Positions 1 to 16,000 of a stretch of 64,000 bases of DNA are shown one piece after another. Position 1 is the first letter of the stretch; every line of letters starts with the position of its first letter. The stretch lies in contig OZ037769.1 of NCBI GenBank assembly GCA_964035545.1, positions 14,972,633 through 15,036,632 on the forward strand. Reading direction: 5' to 3'. The notes beneath the pieces were generated by a model. That model had not been told where the DNA came from and did no database searches. It saw nothing but the letters and a program-made list of their open reading frames with translations. A program made the translations under genes and the position numbers. Source of the stretch: Bugula neritina. Its lineage: Eukaryota > Animalia > Bryozoa.

Positions 1-36
1 CACCGTCATGTCATATATATAAGTCTTTTACTTTAG

Positions 37-4908
<4,872 letters not shown>

Positions 4909-5821
4909 AATACCAAATAGAGATCATGTGCGACAAAAATATATAAAGTTCAGAAATTGGAAATTTGTTTTAAAGGTTTTGACTAACTTTACGTAAATGA
5001 ACAGCAAAAAATTTTTATCGAAGCTCTTTACTTGATTAGTAATATATATCTTTATACTTTTTCATATATATGCTGCCTGCACTATAAAATTTCTTTGTTT
5101 ACATGCATTTTTCTTACTTGTTTCTTAATTTATTTTTGTATTTAAAATAGAACATTTTTTAGCACAATTATTGGGGAATATATTCAACTGATTTTTATAA
5201 ATGCCTAATTAATTTCACCTAATACACTATCAGCAAGTTGCATGGCTAAAAATATAATGTTTATTTTGCATATACATATGCATGTATATACATAATTTTA
5301 AGTAATACATGCATTCTCTATAAAGTAAACAAATAAATTATAAAAAATTAGACAACTCCTGTTAACATTTTTTCAAAGCCAACAATTATGCTATGATCAT
5401 TAAACTGATGATTATTTGACTAAAGTGCAATAGGAAAAAAATGCTTATTACCAAAAATACATGTGGATCCTTTTGCTTTATTAAGTTATGTACACACCAG
5501 CAATTTAAAGAACCAACAATTGAAATTGCTTAAAAGTCATAAAAATTTAACAGGCGATGATATTTTTTATGATTGTTACAAATATATGCATATGAAAAAA
5601 AGCAACAATAAAGTGCATTTAATTGACATAATAATTTATAATGATTAAAGTTGCATAATAGTAAGCATATATCTCAATTTACTAGAAAATTAGAAAAAGA
5701 TATAGAAAGTCAAGCAGAATTAGAAAAGAAACCTTTAATTATTTAGTTGTATTTGCTAATATACAGTGGAAAGTTATCACATAGCATAATTATTTCAAGT
5801 TGTAAAAGCAGCATAACGTAT

Positions 5822-6174
5822 TGTAGTAATTCGTGCAATTAGTGTGCGTGAGTTATCTACTTGCGTATAGTTAGTTGGTTATTCTGCTAGTAATTACTAG
5901 GGTAGCTGTCGAGTAATTATATTTATTATCCACAATAAAGCATAAAATAAACATCACATCAAATTATCCTATACATCAGTCAACTACTAATACATGTTTC
6001 TCCTTCAAGCCTCCGCTTACAACAACGTAATAAATTGTTAATAACCCGGGAAGTGTCACGTGAATCGGAAGCATATCTTCCGGAGCTGCTAATTGGTTGC
6101 TACATAAGGGTCTTAGTATTCCAGAAGTAGAGAGAGGGCGATTCTCGTATTTGTACTTTGCACTACTCACTACA
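5822..6174 (-). repeat. 3' LTR (353 bp)
   Basis: TGTAGTAATT...CACTACA, near-identical to 10836-11188; PPT adjacent. Confidence 0.96.
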
Positions 6175-6187
6175 CCGCCCCCCCCCC
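6175..6187 (-). other. Polypurine tract
   Basis: GGGGGGGGGGCGG on the - strand directly before the 3' LTR. Confidence 0.85.
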
Positions 6188-6474
6188 AGCAGAAAGCCCT
6201 ACTTTCTGATAACACAATACAAAAAAAACACATAAAGAAAAACTATACAATAATCCAAAAAGAAAAACATACATAAGTAAACCCACAAAGAGTAAGAAGA
6301 GAAATAGTTGAGCACGACAACATTTATATACAGAAGTAAACAGGGTGATCGAACACACACATCTAGTCAGCTATAAAGAGAGAGGGTGCTTACCAGCACG
6401 CGGGCCAATGTCGGAGCACTCGTCACTTTCCAGACGAAATACAGCTCAACGAAAGGTGCCTACCCCAGGCATAC

Positions 6475-7241
6475 TCATTGGGTGGACTCTGACTCTTGTA
6501 GCGAGCGTGCTCTGTGTCGAGCCTGTCGGGCACGTAGCCGCCTCTTCAGTCGCCCCACTGAGTCCTTCAACTGGTATAGACCTGTCGTCGTATCCAGCAA
6601 GTCAGGGGCAAGTTGTGTGAACTCGGCTTGCAGTCTTACAAGCTGCTCTTCTACATTAGCCAGCTGGCTAGGCCTTGGCGGGGTTGTAGTAGTCTCTGTT
6701 AGAGGGGGTATTGTTGTTCTTTCTACTTCGGGGGTGTTGCTAGGGTTGACGGGGGTAGGAGACGGGCCCTGAACCATAGGGGACTTATGGCGGGCGGATA
6801 ACAGCAGTACTTGGAACCCTGACGCTAGTGCGGCCAGGGTGATAGCCTTCCTGATGATTGGCTTGATGGTATCCAGGTATTGGGGGAAACTGTCCTCATC
6901 GACAGTATGGTTCTCTCCGGCGAAGCAGCTCAGCTTATAGACTGTCACGGGATACGGGTATACGTCGTGGAACCCGCATGGGCAGAAGTGGAGTAGAAAA
7001 TGGGCGTCTACATGTAGACGCAGGGAGCGGTGTGACGGGCACTCCTCAAAGCAGACCTGGCAGGTTCGGTGGGGTTCGCTGGGTCCCCAGGCTTCCTCAA
7101 TTCTCCTTTCTGTCGTGGGTGACACCCAGCGGTGTCGTCGACGGAGCACCACGGGTATGCCATTCTCCATTACAGGTTCCTCTTCCATAGGCAGAGAGGT
7201 TGGCTGGTCCCGTGACCGGGAGGTGGTCACTCGAGTGTGAT
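6475..7241 (-). CDS. Retroelement ORF3: Cys/His zinc-finger-like plus C-terminal coiled-coil protein; probably the 3' exon of a spliced mRNA whose first exon is 10758-10800
   Basis: 251-codon open frame with CQVC-x12-H-x3-H followed by CPCGFH, a Pro/Thr linker and a heptad-rich C-terminus (LANVEEQLVRLQAEFTQL...LKDSVGRLKRRL). Acceptor ctctttcag|AT at 7242/7241 is phase-compatible with a donor in gag. Confidence 0.7.
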
Positions 7242-7555
7242 CTGAAAGAGTAGCAGTGTTAAATATTATACACTGAGGTACCGTCGGCGTGTACAGCCTG
7301 ACCGGTACTCTGTTCAGTTACACTCGTGAGATTCAGACTAATGAATAGTTGATGGAGAACACACTCGCTATGGCAGATTATTTAAAATCAAAGTCGACGT
7401 GTATTCCCACCACTGTTTATCATTATCGAATCTCCGGCTCGCTAGCTAGTGTAGCTAAAGCTGACTGATGCAGTCTAGTTATTGTACCAAAAACATAATT
7501 AACTCACCCTTCGATCCAGAATAGTAAGACATTTTGGAATGAGAGCGGTAAATGA

Positions 7556-9901
7556 TTACTGTTTAGTGGCACGTCTACTCTTGACTGCATCAACGTAGGA
7601 AAAGACCGGACAGCGTGGTTGTGCAACGTGACTAGGGCTTTTCACTTCCAGCGGATGAATCTCGTGTGAGATTCCGCCGAGGCAAAAGTTGAGATTTTCG
7701 TGGTGTTCACAACTCCCACGTCTCTTTGCCTGTTTTCCCATGCGAGGCCTCTCTAGACTTTCGTTACTGCCGCTTATACCGCGGTCACGTACACAGTCTC
7801 TGAGACACGCTGGAAGTTGCCTAGTGTGTGGTCCTGGAGGCGTCGTCACTGTGGGAGGCGGTGTGCTCACCTGTGGACTGTTATGTCTCATGGGTGGTTT
7901 TTCCAGCCTGTTTGTGACGGTTGTTCCTACGTTGGTATCTCCTTGCGGAGCCCCTCCCACGGGGGGTTTTTGCACTTCCGGACCCGTTTCTGGTTCCGGA
8001 AGTGGTGGTGATGGCAGGCTTGACGTTGGGGGCGGTGGGCGCACTTTCAAGGACGGAAGTGGCCTTTCTCGCCTCGCCAAGTTTTCCTGACGTGTCATGG
8101 AGGTGTTTCCGGCCAGGATGACAGTCTCCGCTTGCCGAGACCTTCTCGCACAATGCGTCTGCCGCCCCGCTTCACCAGGGAGACGGCTATGCTTGTTGGT
8201 CTGGCAAACTTTGCACCGTCTCACTCTGCGCCGGATATCCCGCTCCATGTTGGGCCAGTACCACCGGAGTTGTAGCTTGGTGACCACCCCTTGGACTCCT
8301 CCGTGAGTCTCCTCGTGGGTGTCTTGTATCAACTTCCGGCGGATGGCAACTGGGCAGACGGCCCTCTTCCTGGCTGGCTGTCTGTTGTTGGCGGCCAAGG
8401 TCATGGTCAGCAGACCATCTGGCCCGACCCGCAGAGAGCTCCAACGTTGACAGTACAGCCGTAACTCGGCGCATCCCTGTCGCTGTTGTTTACTACTGGG
8501 TCGTCGCCCTTCCTGTTTCGTTCGGTACACGTCGGCTACCACCCCAGGAAGGCTTTCCTGGAGCTTTGGCAGCTCCCTAACGTTACCAGCCCATACAGGT
8601 TTGGCGCGGAGGCTCTGGGCAGCCTCCGGGGGCGTGTCAGCCCTCTGTTGGAGTGGTTGAGCAGGGGCGGTCTTCGCCGCCCGTGGTACCTCACGACAGC
8701 CTGCTCTATTTAGGCGGGCGTCGTGGTCCGTGTGGCGGAACGCCTCACTGTACCCATGTGGCAACCTAGCCATAGCCTGGAGCTTTCTGTTGCCTGTGCA
8801 GCCACGCGTCCCTGGAGGATGGGAGGCGTGGGTTGGGACGGTCCTCCGCCCTTGAGACGGGCTCTGCTGAGGACCTTCCGTCGTAGCTCCCGACGACGGC
8901 CCAATGGCTTCCTCCTGGACAGGATGGAAGCGGCCCAGCATGGATCTGGGTGGTAGGTCTACTGTCTCTGAAGAGGGGTTGACACACTGCACTGAGATCT
9001 CTCCTTGTCCCGCAAGCCGGCTAAAGCTATGGGCAAGTTGGACTCTCGAGTGCGTACTTTCGACAACTCCCAACTTAGAGGTTTGGCCACCGTCTACCTT
9101 GCAGCGGACGATAGCCCGGGAGTGGCCTGGTATAGTACAGCTCCGTACCACCTGCACTGCTCCCGCTAGAGGACGACCAAACTTATCGACACAAGCGAGC
9201 TCCTTGTCGCCCATGATCATCGCAGATTTACTGAAATCGGTGCGACATCCAGGTCGTTGTAAGAATGGCATCCCGAGGATAGCGTCCTCGTTGAGCTGCC
9301 CGATGATAAACGTCTCTTGGATGGCCTGGTTACGGACGTAACCAGTTAGCTCAATAATGCCGTAGAAGGGGATGCACGACCCGTCTGCCAGGGTGCCATG
9401 ATCCCCCTCATACGGTGCCAACCCGTCCTTGACCTTAGCGCCGAGGGTGTCAAAGAATTGACGGCTAAGGAGGTTGGTGGTGCAGCCTGAGTCCAGGAGG
9501 AAGTTGGCAGGCTTGCCGGCTAGCTTTCCTGGCAGGAAGTAGCCACTTCCGTGTGGCTGCAGCTGTGTGTGCCGTGGTTGCACCTCCCTCGCTGTGGGTC
9601 GTGGGGTCCACGGTTGGCGACGACTATTGACCAGCTGCCGAGGTTGGGGCGGTACGCCTTGTGGCGCCTGTACCGTTTCCCTCGCAGGCTCTGAGGTCAA
9701 CCGTTTGCCGGCTCCGTGTTGGTGTTGGAGTGGCGTAGAGGACCCAGGCGGCGAGTGGCTTGAGCCTACTTGCCGCGGGGGTCGCCACTTCACAGCATCT
9801 CCGCGCGGCGCCCAGCGGGGCGACAGACGCGTGGGCCTCCCTGGGTGATTTACAGACGGCCCGCAGGAGGTGGGAACATCTGCGGGCCGTGGTAATTTAA
9901 C
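7556..9901 (-). CDS. pol: Truncated pol (-1 frame from gag): aspartic protease plus integrase HHCC zinc domain, with no RT, RNase H or DDE core
   Basis: FLLDSGCTTNLL...ILGMPFL protease; HEETHGG...WYWPNM...CKVC integrase zinc domain; no YxDD. Long uninterrupted frame (ORF track 7556-10003). Confidence 0.85.
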   Translation of the reverse strand, partial: VKLPRPADVPTSCGPSVNHPGRPTRLSPRWAPRGDAVKWRPPRQVGSSHSPPGSSTPLQHQHGAGKRLTSEPARETVQAPQGVPPQPRQLVNSRRQPWTPRPTAREVQPRHTQLQPHGSGYFLPGKLAGKPANFLLDSGCTTNLLSRQFFDTLGAKVKDGLAPYEGDHGTLADGSCIPFYGIIELTGYVRNQAIQETFIIGQLNEDAILGMPFLQRPGCRTDFSKSAMIMGDKELACVDKFGRPLAGAVQVVRSCTIPGHSRAIVRCKVDGGQTSKLGVVESTHSRVQLAHSFSRLAGQGEISVQCVNPSSETVDLPPRSMLGRFHPVQEEAIGPSSGATTEGPQQSPSQGRRTVPTHASHPPGTRGCTGNRKLQAMARLPHGYSEAFRHTDHDARLNRAGCREVPRAAKTAPAQPLQQRADTPPEAAQSLRAKPVWAGNVRELPKLQESLPGVVADVYRTKQEGRRPSSKQQRQGCAELRLYCQRWSSLRVGPDGLLTMTLAANNRQPARKRAVCPVAIRRKLIQDTHEETHGGVQGVVTKLQLRWYWPNMERDIRRRVRRCKVCQTNKHSRLPGEAGRQTHCARRSRQAETVILAGNTSMTRQENLARRERPLPSLKVRPPPPTSSLPSPPLPEPETGPEVQKPPVGGAPQGDTNVGTTVTNRLEKPPMRHNSPQVSTPPPTVTTPPGPHTRQLPACLRDCVRDRGISGSNESLERPRMGKQAKRRGSCEHHENLNFCLGGISHEIHPLEVKSPSHVAQPRCPVFSYVDAVKSRRATKQ

Positions 9902-10800
9902 CCTTGTGGGAGTTGAGGGCAGTTCCTCTGGAAATGTCCTGGCCTTCCGCATCCCCAGCAGAAGTTGTGCCCCATGCCTGGTGATTGTACCTGCGGCCCG
10001 CAAGGCTCACGGGCAGTATCTACCTGGCTTGGGGGAGCTAATGTGGCGACCAGTTTATCTAGCATGTCAGTCATCTGTGCGACTTTTGACGCTAGTGACA
10101 TCTGGTTCACATTAGCCACCGCGGAGGGTTCCGCGTCTGGTTCGGCATGAGCAGTAGTGTGCTCCGTGGTCACCTGGCTGGAGGCCACGCGGCTGCGGTG
10201 CATATGAGTCGCCATGAGGTAGGCTTCTCCCACCGCAAGTGCATCTTCGACCGTGGTGACTCCCCTCGCTTGAAATTGATGGTGAAGCCTCAAGTCGTTG
10301 ATGGACTGCACGAAGGCATCATAAGTATACCTCTCACGGTGTACTGGAGGCAGATCGCGGAACGCGATCTGCGCTATTGGGTACACCGTGGCGGCGTGCT
10401 CTTGTAGCGACGTGTGAGGATCACGCCGCATCCTTTGTAGACGGGCCCGCGCATCTATGGGGGAGATGCCAAAGCGGGCCCGCAGAGAAGCAAAGATTCC
10501 GTCTATGTCAGGTCCCGCTCCGTACGGCTTAGCCTTGTCCGTCAGCGCCATCCTGAGCTTGAGCAACGCCACCCTTGGCGGCCACTGTGCAATCTCCATC
10601 ACATCTTGGAATTCTTGGATAAACTGCTCCACTGCTTCTTCGCCTGTGAAGGTGGGCGCCTTCAGCCGGTATCTGTCTTCACCATGCTCCCTAGGAATTC
10701 TCACTTCTTCTTCTAACACCACTGGTTCCACAGGTATATCAACATTATCTCTCTCACCTTCATTCAGTGGAATGGGTAGCTCCGTGCCGTCTTCTGCCAT
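9850..10800 (-). CDS. gag: Gag with CCHC zinc knuckle (first ATG 10800)
   Basis: Capsid-like KAPTFTG...FIQEFQDVMEIAQW segment and CWGCGRPGHFQRNC knuckle; lies just downstream of the PBS. Confidence 0.92.
   Translation of the reverse strand: MAEDGTELPIPLNEGERDNVDIPVEPVVLEEEVRIPREHGEDRYRLKAPTFTGEEAVEQFIQEFQDVMEIAQWPPRVALLKLRMALTDKAKPYGAGPDIDGIFASLRARFGISPIDARARLQRMRRDPHTSLQEHAATVYPIAQIAFRDLPPVHRERYTYDAFVQSINDLRLHHQFQARGVTTVEDALAVGEAYLMATHMHRSRVASSQVTTEHTTAHAEPDAEPSAVANVNQMSLASKVAQMTDMLDKLVATLAPPSQVDTAREPCGPQVQSPGMGHNFCWGCGRPGHFQRNCPQLPQGLNYHGPQMFPPPAGRL
9856..9901 (-). other. Putative programmed -1 frameshift signal: G_TTA_AAT slippery site plus 11-bp GC-rich stem-loop
   Basis: Minus strand reads GTTAAAT-TACC-ACGGCCCGCAG-(13 nt)-CTGCGGGCCGT. 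The pol frame is -1 relative to gag. Confidence 0.72.
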
Positions 10801-10816
10801 GACTGCTATACGCAAG

Positions 10817-10834
10817 ATCCCACCGCTGCCACCA
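10817..10834 (-). other. Primer binding site, tRNA-Leu
   Basis: TGGTGGCAGCGGTGGGAT one nucleotide after the 5' LTR; complementary to the tRNA-Leu 3' end ATCCCACCGCTGCCACCA. Confidence 0.88.
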
Positions 10835-10835
10835 C

Positions 10836-11188
10836 TGTAGTAATTCGTGCAATTACTGTGCGAGAGTTATCTACTTGCGTATAGTTAGTTGGTTATTCTG
10901 CTAGTAATTACTAGGGTAGCTGTCGAGTAATTATATTTATTATCCACAATAAAGCATAAAATAAACATCACATCAAATTATCCTATACATCAGTCAACTA
11001 CTAATACATGTTTCTCCTTCAAGCCTCCGCTTACAACAACGTGATAAATTGTTAATAACCCGGGAAGTGTCAGGTGAATCGGAAGCATATCTTCCGGAGC
11101 TGCTAATTGGTTGCTACATAAGGGTCTTAGTATTCCAGAAGTAGAGAGAGGGCGATTCCCGTATTTGTACTTTGCACTACTCACTACA
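10836..11188 (-). repeat. 5' LTR (353 bp)
   Basis: Direct repeat of 5822-6174 with TG...CA ends. Confidence 0.96.
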
Positions 11189-13083
11189 GTATAATGAATA
11201 TCTAGCAGTTTATTAACCATTCAGCGTTGCGTTTAGCGTAACGTTTCACTCAAATAGATTATCACATCACGTGATTCTTGCCTATATACGCAACGCAACC
11301 ACTGCAATAGTTGTCAATTCACTAATTAGATAACAGAACGCCCTCGCCCATTGGCTGTGGCTTTACGTCTTGGCAGCCCGGATGTTTCAGTGCAGACGTT
11401 GAACCTACAGTTAGTAGAATAGTAGCACGCTAGCAATGCAAGTTCTATCGCACAAATAACAATCAATTTCAATGATATAATTAACAAAATATAATGAATT
11501 AGAATTGGAATTAACTTAAAGAGGCACAGGTTAGTTTTGTTTTTTCAGTATTTGTAGGCTAATAGTTTGATGCTTTCCTTAAGTATTTTTATCTATTTCA
11601 ACTTAATAATAAATATTTAGTTTATTTAACATGTTTAGGAGTTTAACAAGTTTGAAATGCCAGTGTGGTCAGTGCATGGTAGAATTCATGGCTATGTGTT
11701 TACTTTATTATAATATTATATTTCTCATAAAATTGCAAATTCTTAAGGCAGGCTTTCCAGTTATTAATCAGATTGTCACAGGATAGAACCCTAATTTGTA
11801 ACTTAAAGTTTTACTTTTACTCATAACAGTAATTCATTGCACCTACCAATTCAAGTCAGCTTTGAATACAAGTTCAATCTTTGTTTATGTGATACATGCA
11901 CTAATACTTGTCTTAACTGATAATTATAATTAACTTTGTCTATGGCAGTTATCATTTAATGTCATTCTTATTATAAACTTTAATATTTTTAGTAGACCTA
12001 CAATGTCATTTTCTAGAGTCAAACTCACCTTAGCTAGCCACTAAAGAAATGCAAGAGGTGATTAATCTAAAATCTGCATATATGTTTGAATACTTTACAA
12101 TGTCATAAATAATTTTTTTTTTTCTGTTTTAAAAACCTATTATAATTGTATATATTAACCTACTTTTATAGTTTCTTACGGCAGTTGGAATAAGTAAAAA
12201 TAAAGTTACAGTACAAGTACAACTCACCTATAATAGTTAGTGGCCACGCTACATACAGTTCGGGGCAAAAAAATATAATAGCAGCTAAATTATTATATGA
12301 ACAATAGCCAAAAATATAGAGATATCGAGTGTTTATAACTAAATCAAGCAAATGTGTGTGTTTATTGAGTTGCTATAGCTGACAACTGTAAGACTATAGC
12401 AGCAAGTGATGAAAGGAAAATTATTTTGCTTGTAGTTGTCAATTGCAAATTCATAATAACTCTCAAAAAAAGATGCAAGAGAGGGTAAATCTTATTCTTA
12501 AATACTCATTCTTAACGCACTTCCTCCAAAATAGCAAAATCAACATGCACAGCTGCCATGATCATCATAGAAGTGCATGTGGGAACTCTCGTGACCCCTA
12601 TATGACCTTGATGGTTGCTAAAACATTCAAAAATCTGTTTACTTCAAGACAGCCAATGAAAAGCTAGAAAAACAATTTCAGTTATTTATAAGGGCTTCTT
12701 AGCTGCCAGCATAAACAATTGTTGCAGCCAAAAAATAATATTCTAGCTAATAGTATAATAGTTATAATGACTGATTACTAGTTTGCTATATAGTATATAA
12801 TTGGACAGTCAGGACTATACTGGTAGCATGAGGCAAGTGCTGTTCAGTGTATTTCAGTGCTAGTAACAGGGAAGTTGGCTGCATAGCTCATCAAATAGTC
12901 ATTCAGAGTTTGTTGATAAAATCACTCTTGATTATAAAGCCAAGTCAAATACCATCTGGTCACATAAACCAGATTGACTCGACAGCAAAGGTTGTCTATA
13001 ACTTTTTCTGCCAGGAGAAAGTCTGTGCTCTACAGTATATCACGTCTACTTCTGCTGCTACTCAGTGATTAGAGCTAGCTACC

Positions 13084-16000
13084 ATGAAGCTTTTGAAAAA
13101 AGCCTTTTTGCTTTTTTCTGTTTTCTTCCTTGCACGAAATGCAGCTGCTTCAAACATTGGAGGTACAAGGCAAGACATTCCGCAAAATCAATATGGAGGC
13201 TATGAAAACCTCCTCATTGCAATCAGCAAAGCTGTGCCTGAAGATCTCAGTCTTGTTGAAAAACTGCAGGTAAGTGTGTATACCAGTTGCCATAGAAACC
13301 AGTCACAATTACAATATTATAAATATAAGTTTGCAGTATTGTAAATTTGTAGTTTGTAGTATTTTACTGCATTTCATTTAAGTTTGAAAATGTACACCTG
13401 CATATGAAGATTTGCGCTCAGTCTGAGTTTGATCCATCACTTTACTATTTTAATTCGACTCCAGGACTTTAACCTGCAAACCTATTTAAGATCTAAGATT
13501 ACCTGGGTGATTTATTAAAATTGTATTATTATCTTGCATAAAACGTGTAAAAAATATTTTCTCAGTGTTTATGGACTTCTTTGGAAAACTCAAAGATTAA
13601 ACTGTTCATTACTGTGTGTGTTAGCTTGCATTTTATTTGAATAGTTCAGATTTAGGTTGTTGCAGCTTTTATCTATTATTAGGTAGATTAGGTCAACGTA
13701 TAAATAGCAATCGAAATTCCCATTCATCAATATATCAAAATACATATATTGCATGTACATCATTATATCAATATTTCAATACTTTACGTATTATAGATAT
13801 ATATCTATATATTTATTTATCAATTGTCCAAAGCTTTCAAGTACAGCAGCGAAGAAATTGAAAAGTATAGCCTAAGCTCTTTAGTCTTTATGGTAATTTA
13901 GGGCAAAATTCAAATTTCTTGAGAAAAAAATAATTTGGTTTGATGCATTTCCAATTCAAATACAGGCTTTTCTCAATTTCTCTGTCACTGTATTATACAT
14001 ATATTTCATATGATTACTGCAGGTTATATAAGCCATTCAGTATTGACGTATAATATTCTGTACTATGAGCTGAATATCTAGCAGCTATAACGAGGTTATC
14101 ATAATTATTTAGTAAGCAGCCGTGGTCTATTATAACCACAAGATCATGGGTTTGAGCCCAGACAAAAACCATTGAATGTTATGAAGAGCATCCAGTCACT
14201 ACTGTGCCTCATCTAAACTTAAGTCCTTAGCCTGATATAAACAAAAACCCTTTCTATATCAGGGGTTTCTCACATGGATAGCGACTATAAATTTGTGCTC
14301 GATTATAACCAGCTCATTTTTTCATTTTGTATGCAGAAGTAGCCTATTGGGAAAAATTAATTATAACTCATGTATTATAGTTGAATATATACTTTCTTGT
14401 TGTTTTAGAAACATTTCCGAAAAGCATCAGAGGTTCTATTGGCAGCCACAAATAATCAGGTGTATTTCTCTAGCATCACTATTCTGATACCAAACACTTG
14501 GACACTGAACAGCTCATGGGAAGTGGTAAGAATTCTATAACCGATTATATATATACACTGATATAAAATCTTGCATATATAGTTTATAGTAACAATCCTT
14601 GTGAGAACTTGTGATGAAAAGGGTTTTTAACCCCATGGCTATAAGGACTCTTTTGTAATTTGGCACAGGGACAATTATGACTTCATGACTTTTCTAACAT
14701 TATTGCTGGTATTTATTAAAAACTAAACGTGTGTTTACTAGGCCTACACTTTAACTACCACAGCTGCTCTCTATAATAATTATACACACTGATATATACA
14801 CTTTTTTATGTACATGCCAGTTTTAACTGCAATAAAAATTAAACCACTTGTTACTTCTGCTACTCTTAGGTCTAGAACACTGTTGGCTTGCTTTCTCTGT
14901 TTTGGGAATACGTAGATACTTTGATGTTGTATGTATCTACAACTGCAGTAATTAGAAATTCATAGTTTAGTTATAGTTATGTTTATAATAAGTTTTTTTT
15001 TGCAACAGTGCTGACTTGAAGAACTATTTTAGTAGTCTTAGAATCTAGACAAAATGAATTCTGATGATACTGTGAATTAAACCATATAAACAAAGCAATG
15101 GTATATTGCACGTAGAGCTAATTGTATTGATTGTAATAACAAATGGGTGCTGAAGCTTCAATTAAACTACTAATTAGAATAGCAACTATTGACTTGCTTC
15201 AAATGAAAACATGTTTTGGCAAATGTGTTTTATTGATGGATGTCAGTGCAGTGTCATTGCATTGTAAAGAAATTAACTTTATCATCATGTAAATCATTAG
15301 TTTAGAAACTTTCACATGATTGTGCATAACAAATATAGAACATTTATTAGGTTAGGGCATTGTTTTTCTACTTATTGTCAAACAATTTCTCAGCTATTTC
15401 TAAAATAAATGTTTGCTGAGAGAATATTATCCCATAAATTGTTCTGTTCTTGCTCCCAGGCCACAAAAGAAGCTTTCAGTACAGCCCGAGTTTTGATAGG
15501 CCCAGCTAACAGAGCTTGGGGGGATGTTCCCTACACCCTCCAACCTGGTTTGTGTGGTATTGAAGGAGATTACATTCATCTCACACCAGATTTTATAACA
15601 ACTACTACTACAACCCAAGACAACCCTGTTCTAGGTCAGTAAGTGTGTGACAAATAATTGTAAATTAAATATAACGATTTGTTGAGCTATACCTAATATG
15701 TTTGTAGTGAAATTAGCGCCATCATAAAGTAAAGCAAACAATTGACAAACAATGATAGCATAGAATATTCTGCCCACCTGCATGGTTTTTATTGTAGCAC
15801 ATATTTTTTAAAAAGTGTATTATAAATTAGATGCTTATAGCAATGAAGAAATTGAGTAAAGCCTGTGTTCTTGATTAAAAATGTAGTAAAAGAATTTATG
15901 ATTCAACAATAATCTCAACCTGTGCCCAAACCAAAATTAGATAATGAAATTAAAAAACTTATGCTTTCTCAATTTTCCTCTACCGCCCCTACTAATGCTT

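Larger units (their letters stand above)
5822..11188 (-). mobile_element. Ty3/gypsy LTR retrotransposon, non-autonomous, structurally complete (LTR-PBS-gag-pro-[no RT/RH/IN core]-ORF3-PPT-LTR)
   Basis: Two 353-bp TG...CA LTRs with ~5 substitutions by eye, 4-bp TSD GTAT (5818-5821 and 11189-11192), tRNA-Leu PBS, G-rich PPT, and a GC-rich interior with gag and protease. Confidence 0.96.

Noticed and set aside
5976-6233. Near-identical small ORFs at 5976-6233 and 10990-11220
   Set aside because: They are simply the two LTR copies; no coding evidence.
7689-10840. Several + strand ORFs inside the LTR element
   Set aside because: Antisense shadows of GC-rich gag/pol with no recognisable motifs.
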